A DNA stretch of 64,000 nucleotides, taken from a virus. How positions within the stretch are numbered: the stretch's first letter is position 1; every line of letters begins with the position of its first letter. Below, piece after piece: positions 40,715 through 50,266 of the stretch. The notes below the pieces were generated by a model. The model was given only the letters and a program-made list of their open reading frames with translations, had not been told where the DNA came from and did no database searches. Where the stretch lies: positions 24,093-88,092 of the IMG/VR virus record IMGVR_UViG_3300022602_000003; one strand, written 5' to 3'. The position numbers were made by a program, and so were the translations under genes.

Positions 40715-41285
40715 TCGTTTGCGCGGCAGAGTCCCACATTTGACTGACGACTTCTAACGCTTTAGCTTGTGTTTCCGCGATATTAGCTCCAACTACTTCA
40801 GACATCGAAGGGTAGTCGGACCAGCCACGAGACCCTGAAATAAAACCTTGCTTGTTTTGTTCTGCAAGTTTATCGGCGTATGCTCGAGCTTCATCAGTTT
40901 TTGCTTTTAGGTCGTCTCGAGTTCCACCACTAGAAATAATATTTTTAGCTTCTTCAAGTGAGTGGTTACCAATTACTTGCTCGACCGTAGACTGGCCAGA
41001 ATTCCAGCCCTTTTGGTAATTATTGACGGAATCAACTGCTTCGTTTCGACTTGCTTCGTGCGCTGGTGTGTGCATGCTACTTGACTTATCACCACCGTCG
41101 CTGCTACTTCCACCGCCTGAAGTCCAACGCCCATGTTCATCGCGAGCCTCTTCCTTCATAAGAAAATTATCGTCAAAATGACTGGCTGCTTTTAGTACCG
41201 CTCGTGCTTGCTCGCTTTCGTGACCGCCGTGGTTCATTTTGCGAAGTAAATATTTTACAGTCTCTTTATCTAGTTCAATTGCCAT
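40704..41285 (-). CDS. Tagged small cargo protein
   Basis: Helical leader, then LMK|EEARDEHGRW (41124-41156). Confidence 0.75.
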   Translation of the reverse strand: MAIELDKETVKYLLRKMNHGGHESEQARAVLKAASHFDDNFLMKEEARDEHGRWTSGGGSSSDGGDKSSSMHTPAHEASRNEAVDSVNNYQKGWNSGQSTVEQVIGNHSLEEAKNIISSGGTRDDLKAKTDEARAYADKLAEQNKQGFISGSRGWSDYPSMSEVVGANIAETQAKALEVVSQMWDSAAQTNGK

Positions 41286-41292
41286 AATTCTC

Positions 41293-41781
41293 TTAACCCG
41301 CTTGATTAGTTAATATATATGCGTAAGTAGAAGCACTTGACGCTTTTTCTTTTAGTGAATCAACATTTCCAAAAGTATTTTCTCTAGTTGCGCTTCTTAA
41401 AGCTCTGTGGCTTTCTGCTGCTCCTAGATGAGCATTTGCAATAGAGTTCCATTTTTGCTGGCCTTTTGAACCTGACGAATGTTGAGCTAAATGTCCAGCG
41501 GCACGCGCAGCAGCTTCATGCGCTTTTGCAGCAATTGAATGCTTTCCAGCAGCATCTGCTCGCATTGCAGCAGCAGTTTGTTTTGAGACTTCAGCTTTAG
41601 CACTTTCTTTATCTGCTTTGCTTCCGTCTCCAGCAACCCAACGACCATTTTCTCCACGTTCTTGGTCTTCAGAGTATTTGACAATTTCCAGTACTGAACG
41701 TGCTTTTTCACCTTCATGACCGCCTCTTTTGACTAGGCGTTCAAGATACTTAATAGTTTCTGGGTCTAACTCTAGAGCCAT
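41293..41781 (-). CDS. Tagged small cargo protein
   Basis: Helical leader, then IVK|YSEDQERGENGRW (41638-41679), then Ala/His-rich helices. Confidence 0.75.
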   Translation of the reverse strand: MALELDPETIKYLERLVKRGGHEGEKARSVLEIVKYSEDQERGENGRWVAGDGSKADKESAKAEVSKQTAAAMRADAAGKHSIAAKAHEAAARAAGHLAQHSSGSKGQQKWNSIANAHLGAAESHRALRSATRENTFGNVDSLKEKASSASTYAYILTNQAG

Positions 41782-41834
41782 AGCGTAGAATCTCCATTCT
41801 CGTGCAATTGTACTATGATTTAACTATATCACGG

Positions 41835-42305
41835 CTAGCAATTGTCGCCGGTCCATTCTGGCGCCAACCCACCGTTGCGATGGTAATAAAACAAAGCAAC
41901 AGAGTTTTGTTGCGCCAATGTTGCTTCGTTTGGCGTTAATGGAAGACCTGGAATGTTTGCTCGCGCAAATCTCCAAATCAAAGGCATGAATTGGTACATA
42001 CCTTGAGCTCCAGCCCATGATGTATCAACAAGATGAGGGTGCCCAGCGGTCGACCGTGATTCAATATATGCGATACAAGCAAATGTTTTTTGGACACTTG
42101 CTGGTTCGAATACCATCGGGTCAACTTCAACCGCGTTTATTTGCGCTAACGCTTTTGACGCTAGAATATAGGTCGTTGATGTCGTTTGCTTTATAGACTT
42201 ACTTGCCATTGCCGTTTCCGTTGGCGTTAATTGAAGAGACACAATAAACGTGGCTACAACAACTAGTAGTTCAACTATAAATATTTTCTTTGTACTTGTC
42301 CGCAT
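41835..42305 (-). CDS. Secreted Rpf / lytic-transglycosylase-like protein
   Basis: N-terminal signal or TM segment; CIAYIES...GAQGMYQF...W...Q...A. Confidence 0.75.
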   Translation of the reverse strand: MRTSTKKIFIVELLVVVATFIVSLQLTPTETAMASKSIKQTTSTTYILASKALAQINAVEVDPMVFEPASVQKTFACIAYIESRSTAGHPHLVDTSWAGAQGMYQFMPLIWRFARANIPGLPLTPNEATLAQQNSVALFYYHRNGGLAPEWTGDNC

Positions 42306-42453
42306 TAGATTACTCCTTAGTATCGCCGTCTTAGCTTAAGTCGTTTCATTTCTTGCGGGCGTTCCGCCGTTCTGCATTCGAGCCGAGACTCAGACTTCGA
42401 GTCGAGACGTTTGCCTATCGGTGTGCTAGCGGTTCATTGCCCTGATGGTTTTT

Positions 42454-42819
42454 CTATACTTCTGCTCCTGGAATCATGCTTTGTCCAGCTTTCTTAAGCT
42501 TGGATGCAAGTGCGAGAGTGCCTTCACGAGAAAGAAGACCGAATGTAGCGCCTGCGCCTGTGTAAATTGCAAGTACCACGGCGTTTTCTTCTTCAAGTTC
42601 TACGATTTGAACGTCAAACTTTGCAACCAACGGATAAACTGGCAATGGCCACTTCATCTCGTCGTTATTTTTGTCGCTGTCCGTCGCGGCGCTAGCAACT
42701 TCTTCTTGCTCACCGTCAGTGGCTACAGTTTCTGTGTTTTCTGCAACTGCCTCATCGGCGCGAGAAAGTGCTTTGTCAAAAGCGCTTTCAAGCTTTTCTT
42801 TTTTATTGGTATCTGTCAT
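42454..42819 (-). CDS. Acidic hypothetical protein
   Basis: AGGAG ribosome-binding site. Confidence 0.6.
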   Translation of the reverse strand: MTDTNKKEKLESAFDKALSRADEAVAENTETVATDGEQEEVASAATDSDKNNDEMKWPLPVYPLVAKFDVQIVELEEENAVVLAIYTGAGATFGLLSREGTLALASKLKKAGQSMIPGAEV

Positions 42820-42826
42820 ATTTCTC

Positions 42827-43279
42827 CTAATAGTTTAGGTAGACTACTCGTCTGCCTATTTCTTCTGCGAATGCAATTATTTCTTGAGACTCTGCGTCAA
42901 TGTCATTTTCTGTATTGACAACAAAGACACGGTCACAAAGTTCTACGCAATCTTTTCGAATTGCAATTCTTCTGGCCGTCTCAAAGTCTCTTTCGCCTGA
43001 AAGACGCAAAGGTATTGAGTTGGACTCAGTTATATCCTTCGCAGAGGCCTCTATATCGCCCTCTGAGGCCCTCTCGGTGGCAAGGATATAAGTAACCTTA
43101 TGTCTATCTAGCGGTAGAGAATCAATCTCAAGAGTCCAAATGTCTGCTGCTTTAGATGCCCGTCTCCATTTCGCGAAGCGTGAGAACAGGATAGGGGAAT
43201 AACCTGCTCCCATCACTTCGCGAAATGTCTGCTCTCCGTCCGGCGAACCGTTAAAGAGAACATTGAGACGGGTTGTCAT
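42827..43279 (-). CDS. Hypothetical protein
   Basis: Overlaps the DUF932 gene stop. Confidence 0.55.
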   Translation of the reverse strand: MTTRLNVLFNGSPDGEQTFREVMGAGYSPILFSRFAKWRRASKAADIWTLEIDSLPLDRHKVTYILATERASEGDIEASAKDITESNSIPLRLSGERDFETARRIAIRKDCVELCDRVFVVNTENDIDAESQEIIAFAEEIGRRVVYLNY

Positions 43280-44175
43280 ACGAGGATAAGCCTTTCAGCC
43301 ATCGTGTTTCGCATGCGAGCTCCGAAGCCATTTGTGATTGAGTTGTACCGTGCCTGCGGGCTGCGGTAGTTGCGGTGGTGGTCGAAGTACTCAGTCACCG
43401 CGTTGAGTCCGCCCCAAGCCGTGCCCTTGTAGTCATCACCGATAAGCTCACTGTACTTGAAGACATCAATGATTTCTTCGGTCATTTTCTTCTGCTTCTC
43501 TTGGTTGTTGATGTACTCTAGTGCATCTGAAACCATTTTGGCGAGAACATCTTCTGAGAGTTGCTTTTCGATAAGTGAATCGCCAGTCTTCTGGAGCCAC
43601 TCGGCGTAGTTGGTAATAAGCTTGAGCTCTTCCTTAACGATTTCCAACTTGTTTTCCATTGTTGACAAGTGACGGACCGACCACGATTGCTTCGCTACTC
43701 GACTTGCAAGAGCAAGCTGGTTCGTGCACCAGAGACGAATTGGCGTGATTTCCGTGCGGTCTGCTCGAGTACCGTCGTGCGACGTCGTTACTACAATGTA
43801 TAAGTCAATTGGGTCCTCGCCACCGATAGCAATCTGCTCGTTTAGACGAAGAGAAGCACCAACTCGACGTCCACCGCGCAACTCGAAGACTGAGTCCAAA
43901 GTAGCAAACCCGGTCTCAAGCAGGCTGTCAACGTGGCTAAGAGCCTTGACATTGTCGAATGGGACGTAGTCGCTTCCAACTCGTCCGAGCATTGTCTCGG
44001 TGTCAGTGCGGACGGTTGCGAAAGAGTTCCGCATTCCCACCAGTTCACCGCTCGCGGACTTGAAGTAAGTTGGACGAACATCCACCGACCAGTCCATATT
44101 GAAGGCTTCAAGTGCTTCGCGCACTGAAGTCATGTTCTTGGCATCGTTGCCTATCTTCTGAAGCGTATTAAGCAT
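43276..44175 (-). CDS. DUF932-family protein
   Basis: LG.VGS.Y.P..N, TSHDG, TPIRLWCTNQ, RH, TAWG.LNAVTEY.DH; AAGGAG ribosome-binding site before ATG 44175. Confidence 0.85.
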   Translation of the reverse strand: MLNTLQKIGNDAKNMTSVREALEAFNMDWSVDVRPTYFKSASGELVGMRNSFATVRTDTETMLGRVGSDYVPFDNVKALSHVDSLLETGFATLDSVFELRGGRRVGASLRLNEQIAIGGEDPIDLYIVVTTSHDGTRADRTEITPIRLWCTNQLALASRVAKQSWSVRHLSTMENKLEIVKEELKLITNYAEWLQKTGDSLIEKQLSEDVLAKMVSDALEYINNQEKQKKMTEEIIDVFKYSELIGDDYKGTAWGGLNAVTEYFDHHRNYRSPQARYNSITNGFGARMRNTMAERLILV

Positions 44176-44698
44176 CAGTATTCTCCTTTTTCTTTCTTTG
44201 CTTCTGCAAAGTCTTTTCGTCTGGTATGACGATTTTGTCCGGCGTGAAGAACCGAGTCTTCTCTCGACCCCTTTTTCCGCCATGCACGGTGACCCAAAGA
44301 GTTTCATCCGTGTCAGTTTCGATGACTGCGTCTACGAAGGTAAAAGTACCATTCTCTCCAACGATGGAAATGCGGTCATCGAATTGAAGAGTCTTCCAAG
44401 TTTTAAGTGTTTGCTTACTCATCTTCTGTCCTTTAGAGTCTATTTTACTTCACTGCTCGCTCAAAACCGTGACTTTTTGAAAAATTGTGAAGATTTTTGA
44501 TGTGCCGTCTTCAAAGTTGACTTTTGTTTGAAGATTAGGACGTCGAAGGCTGACGACGGTCGACACCACCCCGAAGGGGGTGATGTCGCCTCGCATGAGT
44601 TCTGCTGCTTGGAGTTCCATTAAAACATCTCCAGTCCGGCACAGACAGGGCCGAGACCACGGTGAAGACTTGCAGGAACCGTGAGCTTCTTCAAGCAT
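44168..44698 (-). other. Two small hypothetical genes (44168-44422 and 44450 to about 44620)
   Basis: Short ORFs in the early operon. Confidence 0.5.
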
Positions 44699-45468
44699 CG
44701 CATACAGTGTCCGCTTTCTAGAGCGTACGCTTCAGCATTCTTGAGGAACTCTTCGTGCGCTTCTCCCAAACCCGCTTCCGTCTGAGCGAGAGCCCAGAGG
44801 ACTTGAGCGGCCTTGACCAGTCGCTCGTTGCTCTTGAACTTGTTCCACACCGCAATCCCGTTGGCGTTGACGAAGGCAAACCCCGTATAAGAGTTCTCGT
44901 TGTCTGCACCGCTCAAGTAAGAAATCATCATCTTCTTGGCGTCCTTGACGAACTTCGCCTCTTCTACTCGAAGCGTGACGTAATCTTCGCCGCCGTTGAG
45001 AACCACCGTGTACGTGCCTTGTCGAATCTCGGCTCCAGCAACTTCTTGAGCTTGTTCGCCTTCAACAACGCGCTGGACTTGAACCTTGAGCAACTGGTCG
45101 ATGCAACCACTTATGAAGCCCTTCTTTTGATACACTTCATCGTTGAGCGCCATGCCGGCAGAAATCACCCAGACATCGTCGATGTCCTTGCGCTCTTCGT
45201 AGAGAGCTCGAAGGAACTTCAACTGGGCTTCCGTCGCAGGAGCGCCCATTCGCTTGGCTTGAGCCAAGTCCTTCTGGACCGCTTGAAGTTGCTCGATGAG
45301 GTAGCTTGCGCGTCCCTTCATGAGATTCTTCAGGCCCGTCTGCTTGATTTCTTCTCGAAGCTTTTGAACGAACTCGCTCTGGTCGAGCGTTCGCATCTTT
45401 GCAAGCTTCTCAATATATTTGACCTGTGACTCGCTAGCCTGGTCATATTCCCACCGCAACCCTAACAA
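44620..45468 (-). CDS. DUF6011-like Zn-ribbon protein with repeated A(S/T)ExQ segments
   Basis: C-terminal GHCMRCLKKLTVPASLHRGLGPVC. Confidence 0.7.
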   Translation of the reverse strand: MLGLRWEYDQASESQVKYIEKLAKMRTLDQSEFVQKLREEIKQTGLKNLMKGRASYLIEQLQAVQKDLAQAKRMGAPATEAQLKFLRALYEERKDIDDVWVISAGMALNDEVYQKKGFISGCIDQLLKVQVQRVVEGEQAQEVAGAEIRQGTYTVVLNGGEDYVTLRVEEAKFVKDAKKMMISYLSGADNENSYTGFAFVNANGIAVWNKFKSNERLVKAAQVLWALAQTEAGLGEAHEEFLKNAEAYALESGHCMRCLKKLTVPASLHRGLGPVCAGLEMF

Positions 45469-45507
45469 ACTGCCTCCTTGTCTAGCGCGGGTTTCCCCGA
45501 CATAATT

Positions 45508-45537
45508 ACTATATCATACATTTGCACAAATGTACAA
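45508..45537 (-). promoter_or_regulatory. Repeated early promoter, copy 5
   Basis: actatatcatacatttgcacaaatgtacaa. Confidence 0.75.
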
Positions 45538-45650
45538 TACTCTAGAAAAAAGTTTTTAGCAGTTATTTGACTGTAGAAGACGCACTTTTGCCATTTTATG
45601 TGGGCCTGTAGTCAATTCTCCGTCACTCTAATGTGACGGATATAGGTATC

Positions 45651-46850
45651 CTATGCGGCTGGAGCGAACGTTTTGTAGTGATTTGTAAAGTTAATCACTC
45701 GTTCACGGTCTCCAGTAAGTTCACCAGTCACCGAGCCAGGGTTGCCATTGATAGACTCAAACAACCACTTACCAAAGAACCGTCCGACGTCTACCGTCAC
45801 GCCTTTGCCCCAACCAGAGACTAAAGCATTGTACGACTTGTTCGGCTCAATTAACCAATTGTCTGGGTATCCCATCAAACGAGCAATCTCACGGTGAGTA
45901 AGAGTTCTGTTCTCAGAGTAGTGAGCAAGACCAGTTCCACCGCTACCAGTAATGACTGGGCAAGTGTGGTCAGGGCGAATACGTCCAGGACTGTTCCATC
46001 CAAAGTCCCAGTCTTTTTCGATATACTTTGAGTACGGTGGCATGATTTCTGGAAGCTCAACATCGTTATCATACAGCTCTCGCATCATTTGGCCGTAGTC
46101 TTTTCCTGGAGTCCAGTAGCCAGTCTCAAGAAGGAATTGAATACGACGTTGACCAAGATTTTGGACATACATATGACCGTCAACCAAGTCTGCTCGCTTT
46201 GACTCAGCCCATTGAGACAATGCTTTCTTCTTGTAGTTCTGCGGCTCCCACTGAATCTTTAGACCTTCAAGGTCACCGATAGCATCACGAACCGTTGGCA
46301 TTTCTTTTGGCTCTGGTAACTCAATACCAAAAGGAATACGGTGAGCAACAAACATATAGCGGCGACGAAGTTGAGGTGAACCCATTGACCGTGCTGAGTG
46401 AAGTACGTGAGTAAGGTCGTACTTCATACCAGTAAGTTCTTCAAGACGTGCACGCAAGTCTCGCATCAAGTCGATGCCTTGAGTATATGCACCTTGCACT
46501 GACTCAAATGCAAAAATTGGAGGAGCAGTCTTAGCGGCGAATTCCGTGATTCCCCACATACATGCGTTAGCCTTTGAATTGACGCCGCGAAAAGACTTAG
46601 AAGAAAGAAGACTAAAGCCACTGCACGGTGGATTGCCAATAATAAGTTCAGCCTCAATTGGCTCCCAGTCTTCGTAAGGACCAGACTGGGTCTCCCAGTT
46701 GTAGCCCATAATGTGACGGTTGACTTCCATGTTTCGAGCACCAAAAGCGCCTTGAAGTTCTTTCTTACCGACTAACTCAAAACCGTTTTCTTTTACTCCA
46801 AGAGCAAGACCGCCTGCGAAGCAGTGGACATCAACAAAACGTAACGACAT
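45651..46850 (-). CDS. C5-cytosine DNA methyltransferase-like protein
   Basis: Motif I FAGG, motif IV GNPPCSGFS, motif VI ESV, motif VIII Q.RRR, motif IX RE.ARLMGYPD. Confidence 0.85.
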   Translation of the reverse strand: MSLRFVDVHCFAGGLALGVKENGFELVGKKELQGAFGARNMEVNRHIMGYNWETQSGPYEDWEPIEAELIIGNPPCSGFSLLSSKSFRGVNSKANACMWGITEFAAKTAPPIFAFESVQGAYTQGIDLMRDLRARLEELTGMKYDLTHVLHSARSMGSPQLRRRYMFVAHRIPFGIELPEPKEMPTVRDAIGDLEGLKIQWEPQNYKKKALSQWAESKRADLVDGHMYVQNLGQRRIQFLLETGYWTPGKDYGQMMRELYDNDVELPEIMPPYSKYIEKDWDFGWNSPGRIRPDHTCPVITGSGGTGLAHYSENRTLTHREIARLMGYPDNWLIEPNKSYNALVSGWGKGVTVDVGRFFGKWLFESINGNPGSVTGELTGDRERVINFTNHYKTFAPAA

Positions 46851-46860
46851 TATCTTCCAA

Positions 46861-47286
46861 TCATTGTTCCGCACAGCGCTCTGCTGTGCAAAGTACCGCA
46901 GCGTCATCTAAAGCACGACGGCAAACTGGACATTTGTTTTCTCCAGTATAGCCGTCACGTTGGCGAGCAGCATTGACCGCCATTTTCGCTTGATAGCGAC
47001 TTATCCACTCTTCATCCGTGCAACCCATTGCAACGGCAAGATTGGCTAGAAAGTGAGCAACATCTACAAGTTCACCGATAGCAGCGTCACGGTTAGTAGT
47101 TCCGCGACCAGAAGAAACCCAAGGCTTCCACTTGATTTCTCCGAGGAATTCGGACATCTCATCGATGAGTGCCGTGTGATTCCAAATTACAAACTCGGCT
47201 AATTCATCGCCTTCAAGAGTCGACGGGTCTTTACCGAAAGATTGAGTTTGAAGTTTACGTGTTTCTTCAAGCCACTTCCAGCTCAT
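46861..47286 (-). CDS. Dimeric dUTPase / MazG-like nucleotide pyrophosphatase
   Basis: DEMSE....WKPW...ELVDVAHF...Y..K..VN..RQ..GY. Confidence 0.8.
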   Translation of the reverse strand: MSWKWLEETRKLQTQSFGKDPSTLEGDELAEFVIWNHTALIDEMSEFLGEIKWKPWVSSGRGTTNRDAAIGELVDVAHFLANLAVAMGCTDEEWISRYQAKMAVNAARQRDGYTGENKCPVCRRALDDAAVLCTAERCAEQ

Positions 47287-47690
47287 CTTTTGTCTCCTCT
47301 GTCTTTTTGTCTATTGCTACTTCAGGAATTGAAGATGAAGTTACTTGCTTCAAATTCATGAAAATTATTCTACCATCTTTTGCTTTGAATTCTATAAGTT
47401 TTACGCCCCATTCACCTTCTGGTACATCGGTGCAGCACTGCGCACATCCAGGTGCAATGAAGTAGTTCGGGTCGTTTCCAGTAGAGCCACGAAGATACGA
47501 TGTGATGAAATACATACTTGCAGGATTTGAGCACAAGCAACAAGTTCCAAGTTTCTCAACTGCGCAATCACGGCACATTAGTACATCAGACCCAAGAGCA
47601 GACCAAGTCTGTTCTTTTGTTTTCTTTAAGTGTTCGCACCGTGGGTTAGGCGCATCATAACTAAAGTTTTCTACGTGAGCTAAAAGCTTA
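47267..47690 (-). CDS. Cys-rich hypothetical protein (start uncertain)
   Basis: CEH, CRDC, CCLC and C..C motifs; fills the gap between the kinase and dUTPase genes. Confidence 0.45.
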
Positions 47691-48254
47691 CCACTGATGC
47701 TGTGTGCCACAATCCCATCCTCCTTGTTCAAGTAAATCATGCACCATTTTGATTGAATTGGTGTGGTCAATAAGAACAGACTTTTCGCCTTCTTCTGCGA
47801 GCCATTCACCGAGTGAACGAACTCGCTTATTGAAACCACGGATTGTGTCTTCTTGAATTGGCTTGCCACCGTTGCGACCGTAAATTCGTTCAATACAAAT
47901 ATCTGCTGGAGTGTCGAGTGTCGCCCAGACCCAGTCACGGTCAGACATTGTCTTACGAATATTTAACCAAGCCATCTTTGAACCAGACACTAAAACATTT
48001 TCAAAGAAAACGTGCCCGTGCTGAGAAAAGCCGTTGACCATAGTTTTTAATTGGTCAAACAAAATACTGTCGCCACCGCCTGTGTATTTTCCAATGACGT
48101 AAAGACCACCTGGAAGTTTCCACGCATTTGGCTTCTTTACCGCATCAGTAAAGAAATTCGGGTCATACATCGGCTCTGCGTCGTGATTGTCAATTAGCCA
48201 ATGATGGATAGTGGTCTTACCACTACCGTTCCCTCCTCTTAGATTTAGAATCAC
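47688..48254 (-). CDS. P-loop kinase of the 5-hydroxymethyl-pyrimidine DNA kinase (5-HMUDK) type
   Basis: MILNLRGGNGSGKTT, IGKY.GGGD, VFFE..LVS, LDTP..CIERI..R; clustered with an AADT-like gene. Confidence 0.75.
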   Translation of the reverse strand: MILNLRGGNGSGKTTIHHWLIDNHDAEPMYDPNFFTDAVKKPNAWKLPGGLYVIGKYTGGGDSILFDQLKTMVNGFSQHGHVFFENVLVSGSKMAWLNIRKTMSDRDWVWATLDTPADICIERIYGRNGGKPIQEDTIRGFNKRVRSLGEWLAEEGEKSVLIDHTNSIKMVHDLLEQGGWDCGTQHQW

Positions 48255-48916
48255 TTCTTTCTCCTATACATTGCCGTCGTTCCCCATCCACCAGGACCAA
48301 ACTTTGGTGCGACTACTACATCATACTTTGAAGCCATCACTTCATGTAACTCTGGGGCAAGTTTATTTCGCCATATTGGTCGATTTAAGTGAATCTCCAA
48401 GATGACCGCACGAACATAATCTGGTAACTCGGTAATAACTGGAGCAAGCTCGTATTCTCCGCCTTCAATGTCGACCTTAACTAGTGTTGGCTTCCAAGTA
48501 TCACACAGCTCTTTTACCGACCACGAATCTACCGTCACTGGAACTCGGCCACGGAATGGAACAAGAGAGTGCATGCACTTACCTTTGCCCTTATTCAAAT
48601 AGAAAGTTCTTTGACCGCCTTCAATTGATGCGGCACCCTTATAGATTTTTACGTTTTCAAAGTGATTCTCGGTCACATTCTTTTCAAGGACTCGAATGTT
48701 GTCCGTGTCAGGCTCCACCGAGACTACTTGCTTGACCATCGGAGCAAGCATACAAGTGACAATTCCAATGTGAGCACCAATGTCTAATACGACGTCGTCC
48801 GCTCCTGCTTCTTCAAAAAGCTTACGGTAAAGTCTTTGCTCACCAATGATTGAGATGTCATCAGTTTCCTGACGGTAGTACAACCCTGACTTTTCGTGAA
48901 ATAGCAAATCACTCAT
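48251..48916 (-). CDS. FkbM-family SAM methyltransferase
   Basis: VLDIGAHIG, VEPD..N, KVDIEGGEY. Confidence 0.88.
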   Translation of the reverse strand: MSDLLFHEKSGLYYRQETDDISIIGEQRLYRKLFEEAGADDVVLDIGAHIGIVTCMLAPMVKQVVSVEPDTDNIRVLEKNVTENHFENVKIYKGAASIEGGQRTFYLNKGKGKCMHSLVPFRGRVPVTVDSWSVKELCDTWKPTLVKVDIEGGEYELAPVITELPDYVRAVILEIHLNRPIWRNKLAPELHEVMASKYDVVVAPKFGPGGWGTTAMYRRKK

Positions 48917-49335
48917 GCTGTTCTCCTCGGCTGGTTTCTTAGATGTTCTTCAAAAAGAATGTTATGCAAGCAAGAAGAACGAATTGCTCGTACACGTTGA
49001 AATGCTTCTTCTCCGCTAAGTTGTAGTTTATCTTTCATGACAGTAGCGGCCACCATCATTGAACGATTACGACCTTGAAGACAGTGCACAAGTACAGTCT
49101 CACCGTCAGCAAGTAGTTCTTCAACCTTATCTATAGCTGGTTGAAAGTCTGGCAAAGTCTTACCGTCAGGAATTGGAAAATAAAAATGCTTTTTTCCAGC
49201 CAAAACAACTGGTTCTGGCTTTTTCTTTGACATGGTGACAATTGCCGTGATTCCATCTTTTGCAAGAGTTTCAACGTCTTTTTCTTTCGGGACACCACTT
49301 ACAAAAAGATTAGGCAGTATTTTATAGAGACGCAT
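48913..49335 (-). CDS. Dual-specificity (Cys-based) phosphatase
   Basis: PIPDG, VLVHCLQGRNRS (CX5R). Confidence 0.88.
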   Translation of the reverse strand: MRLYKILPNLFVSGVPKEKDVETLAKDGITAIVTMSKKKPEPVVLAGKKHFYFPIPDGKTLPDFQPAIDKVEELLADGETVLVHCLQGRNRSMMVAATVMKDKLQLSGEEAFQRVRAIRSSCLHNILFEEHLRNQPRRTA

Positions 49336-50266
49336 TTTTGACTGGGTTCTTTAGGTCGGTTGTTGCATTGTAGTTGTACAACGTGTCACACCAGAAATAC
49401 TCATCATTTTTCCAGATTTGCTCAAGTTCTTTTCGAGCACCGTCCCAGCCGTTTAGCTCTCCAAGGCACTCATTTGGAAATAGTTTCTTGCGCAATTCGT
49501 AGAACTTTGCAGAATCAAGAGATGAGCCCCAGTACTTCTCGGCTTTTTTGAAGTGAGCAAGTTCACGGTCATGAGAACGACCCGGATACTTACCTGCCAA
49601 AGCTTGGCGGTAGTTACATAGGAGTGTCTCAAACTGGAACCACGTAGGGTCTTCTAGGCCCATAGAAATTGAAAAATCACGAGCCTTGGATGCGACTTCA
49701 TTAACTTTGTTGAGTTGAGAAGAAGTATTGCCAACAAGAATGTCGGTCTCACCACTGAGATTACTTAATGTGCGACGAGGATACTTAGCACCGTCAGGAC
49801 GAATGTCAGTTTGAGATGCTTTTACCGCATCAGCAAGATACAAAGTTTCAATAAGCTTCATAGTTGCGTATCGTCCAAAGAACTTTACGTTGTCTCTGAC
49901 CGAGTCATACAACTCGTCATAAGTCGCCGTGGTAAGTCCAGGCAATACTTCATCGCACCACTTGGCGTAGCTTCTTAGACAAAAAGCAAGTTTGTCTGCT
50001 CGCCAGACTGCCCGTCGTTCTCTTCGTACTGGTATCCCTTCCCAGTTATTAGCTAAGAAGTCTTCAATACCGTCAAGATTAGTTGTTGGAAAGTTTTGGT
50101 AGATTACCGCCGCAGACCCTAAGGTGTAAGGAACAACAAAGCAACCAGCAAACCACGTTGGGTTTTCTGGAGCCATGTTAGCAGCAATCTCAACCTGAGG
50201 GTCTGGACCGCCGGTACTCATTTCCAAAGCAGAAAAATCTACAAATGAATTCAATGAATCAGCCAT
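49322..50266 (-). CDS. aGPT-Pplase2 / amino acid:DNA transferase-like base-hypermodification enzyme
   Basis: FGRYA..K..E, ETLLC.Y.....YPGR, G.LNGW; next to the 5-HMUDK-like kinase gene. Confidence 0.7.
   Translation of the reverse strand: MADSLNSFVDFSALEMSTGGPDPQVEIAANMAPENPTWFAGCFVVPYTLGSAAVIYQNFPTTNLDGIEDFLANNWEGIPVRRERRAVWRADKLAFCLRSYAKWCDEVLPGLTTATYDELYDSVRDNVKFFGRYATMKLIETLYLADAVKASQTDIRPDGAKYPRRTLSNLSGETDILVGNTSSQLNKVNEVASKARDFSISMGLEDPTWFQFETLLCNYRQALAGKYPGRSHDRELAHFKKAEKYWGSSLDSAKFYELRKKLFPNECLGELNGWDGARKELEQIWKNDEYFWCDTLYNYNATTDLKNPVKNASL

Noticed and set aside
42306-42453. c-di-AMP (ydaO) or c-di-GMP-I riboswitch ahead of the Rpf-like gene
   Set aside because: Only a GGCAAAC fragment and one short hairpin are visible; the remaining consensus elements could not be matched by eye.
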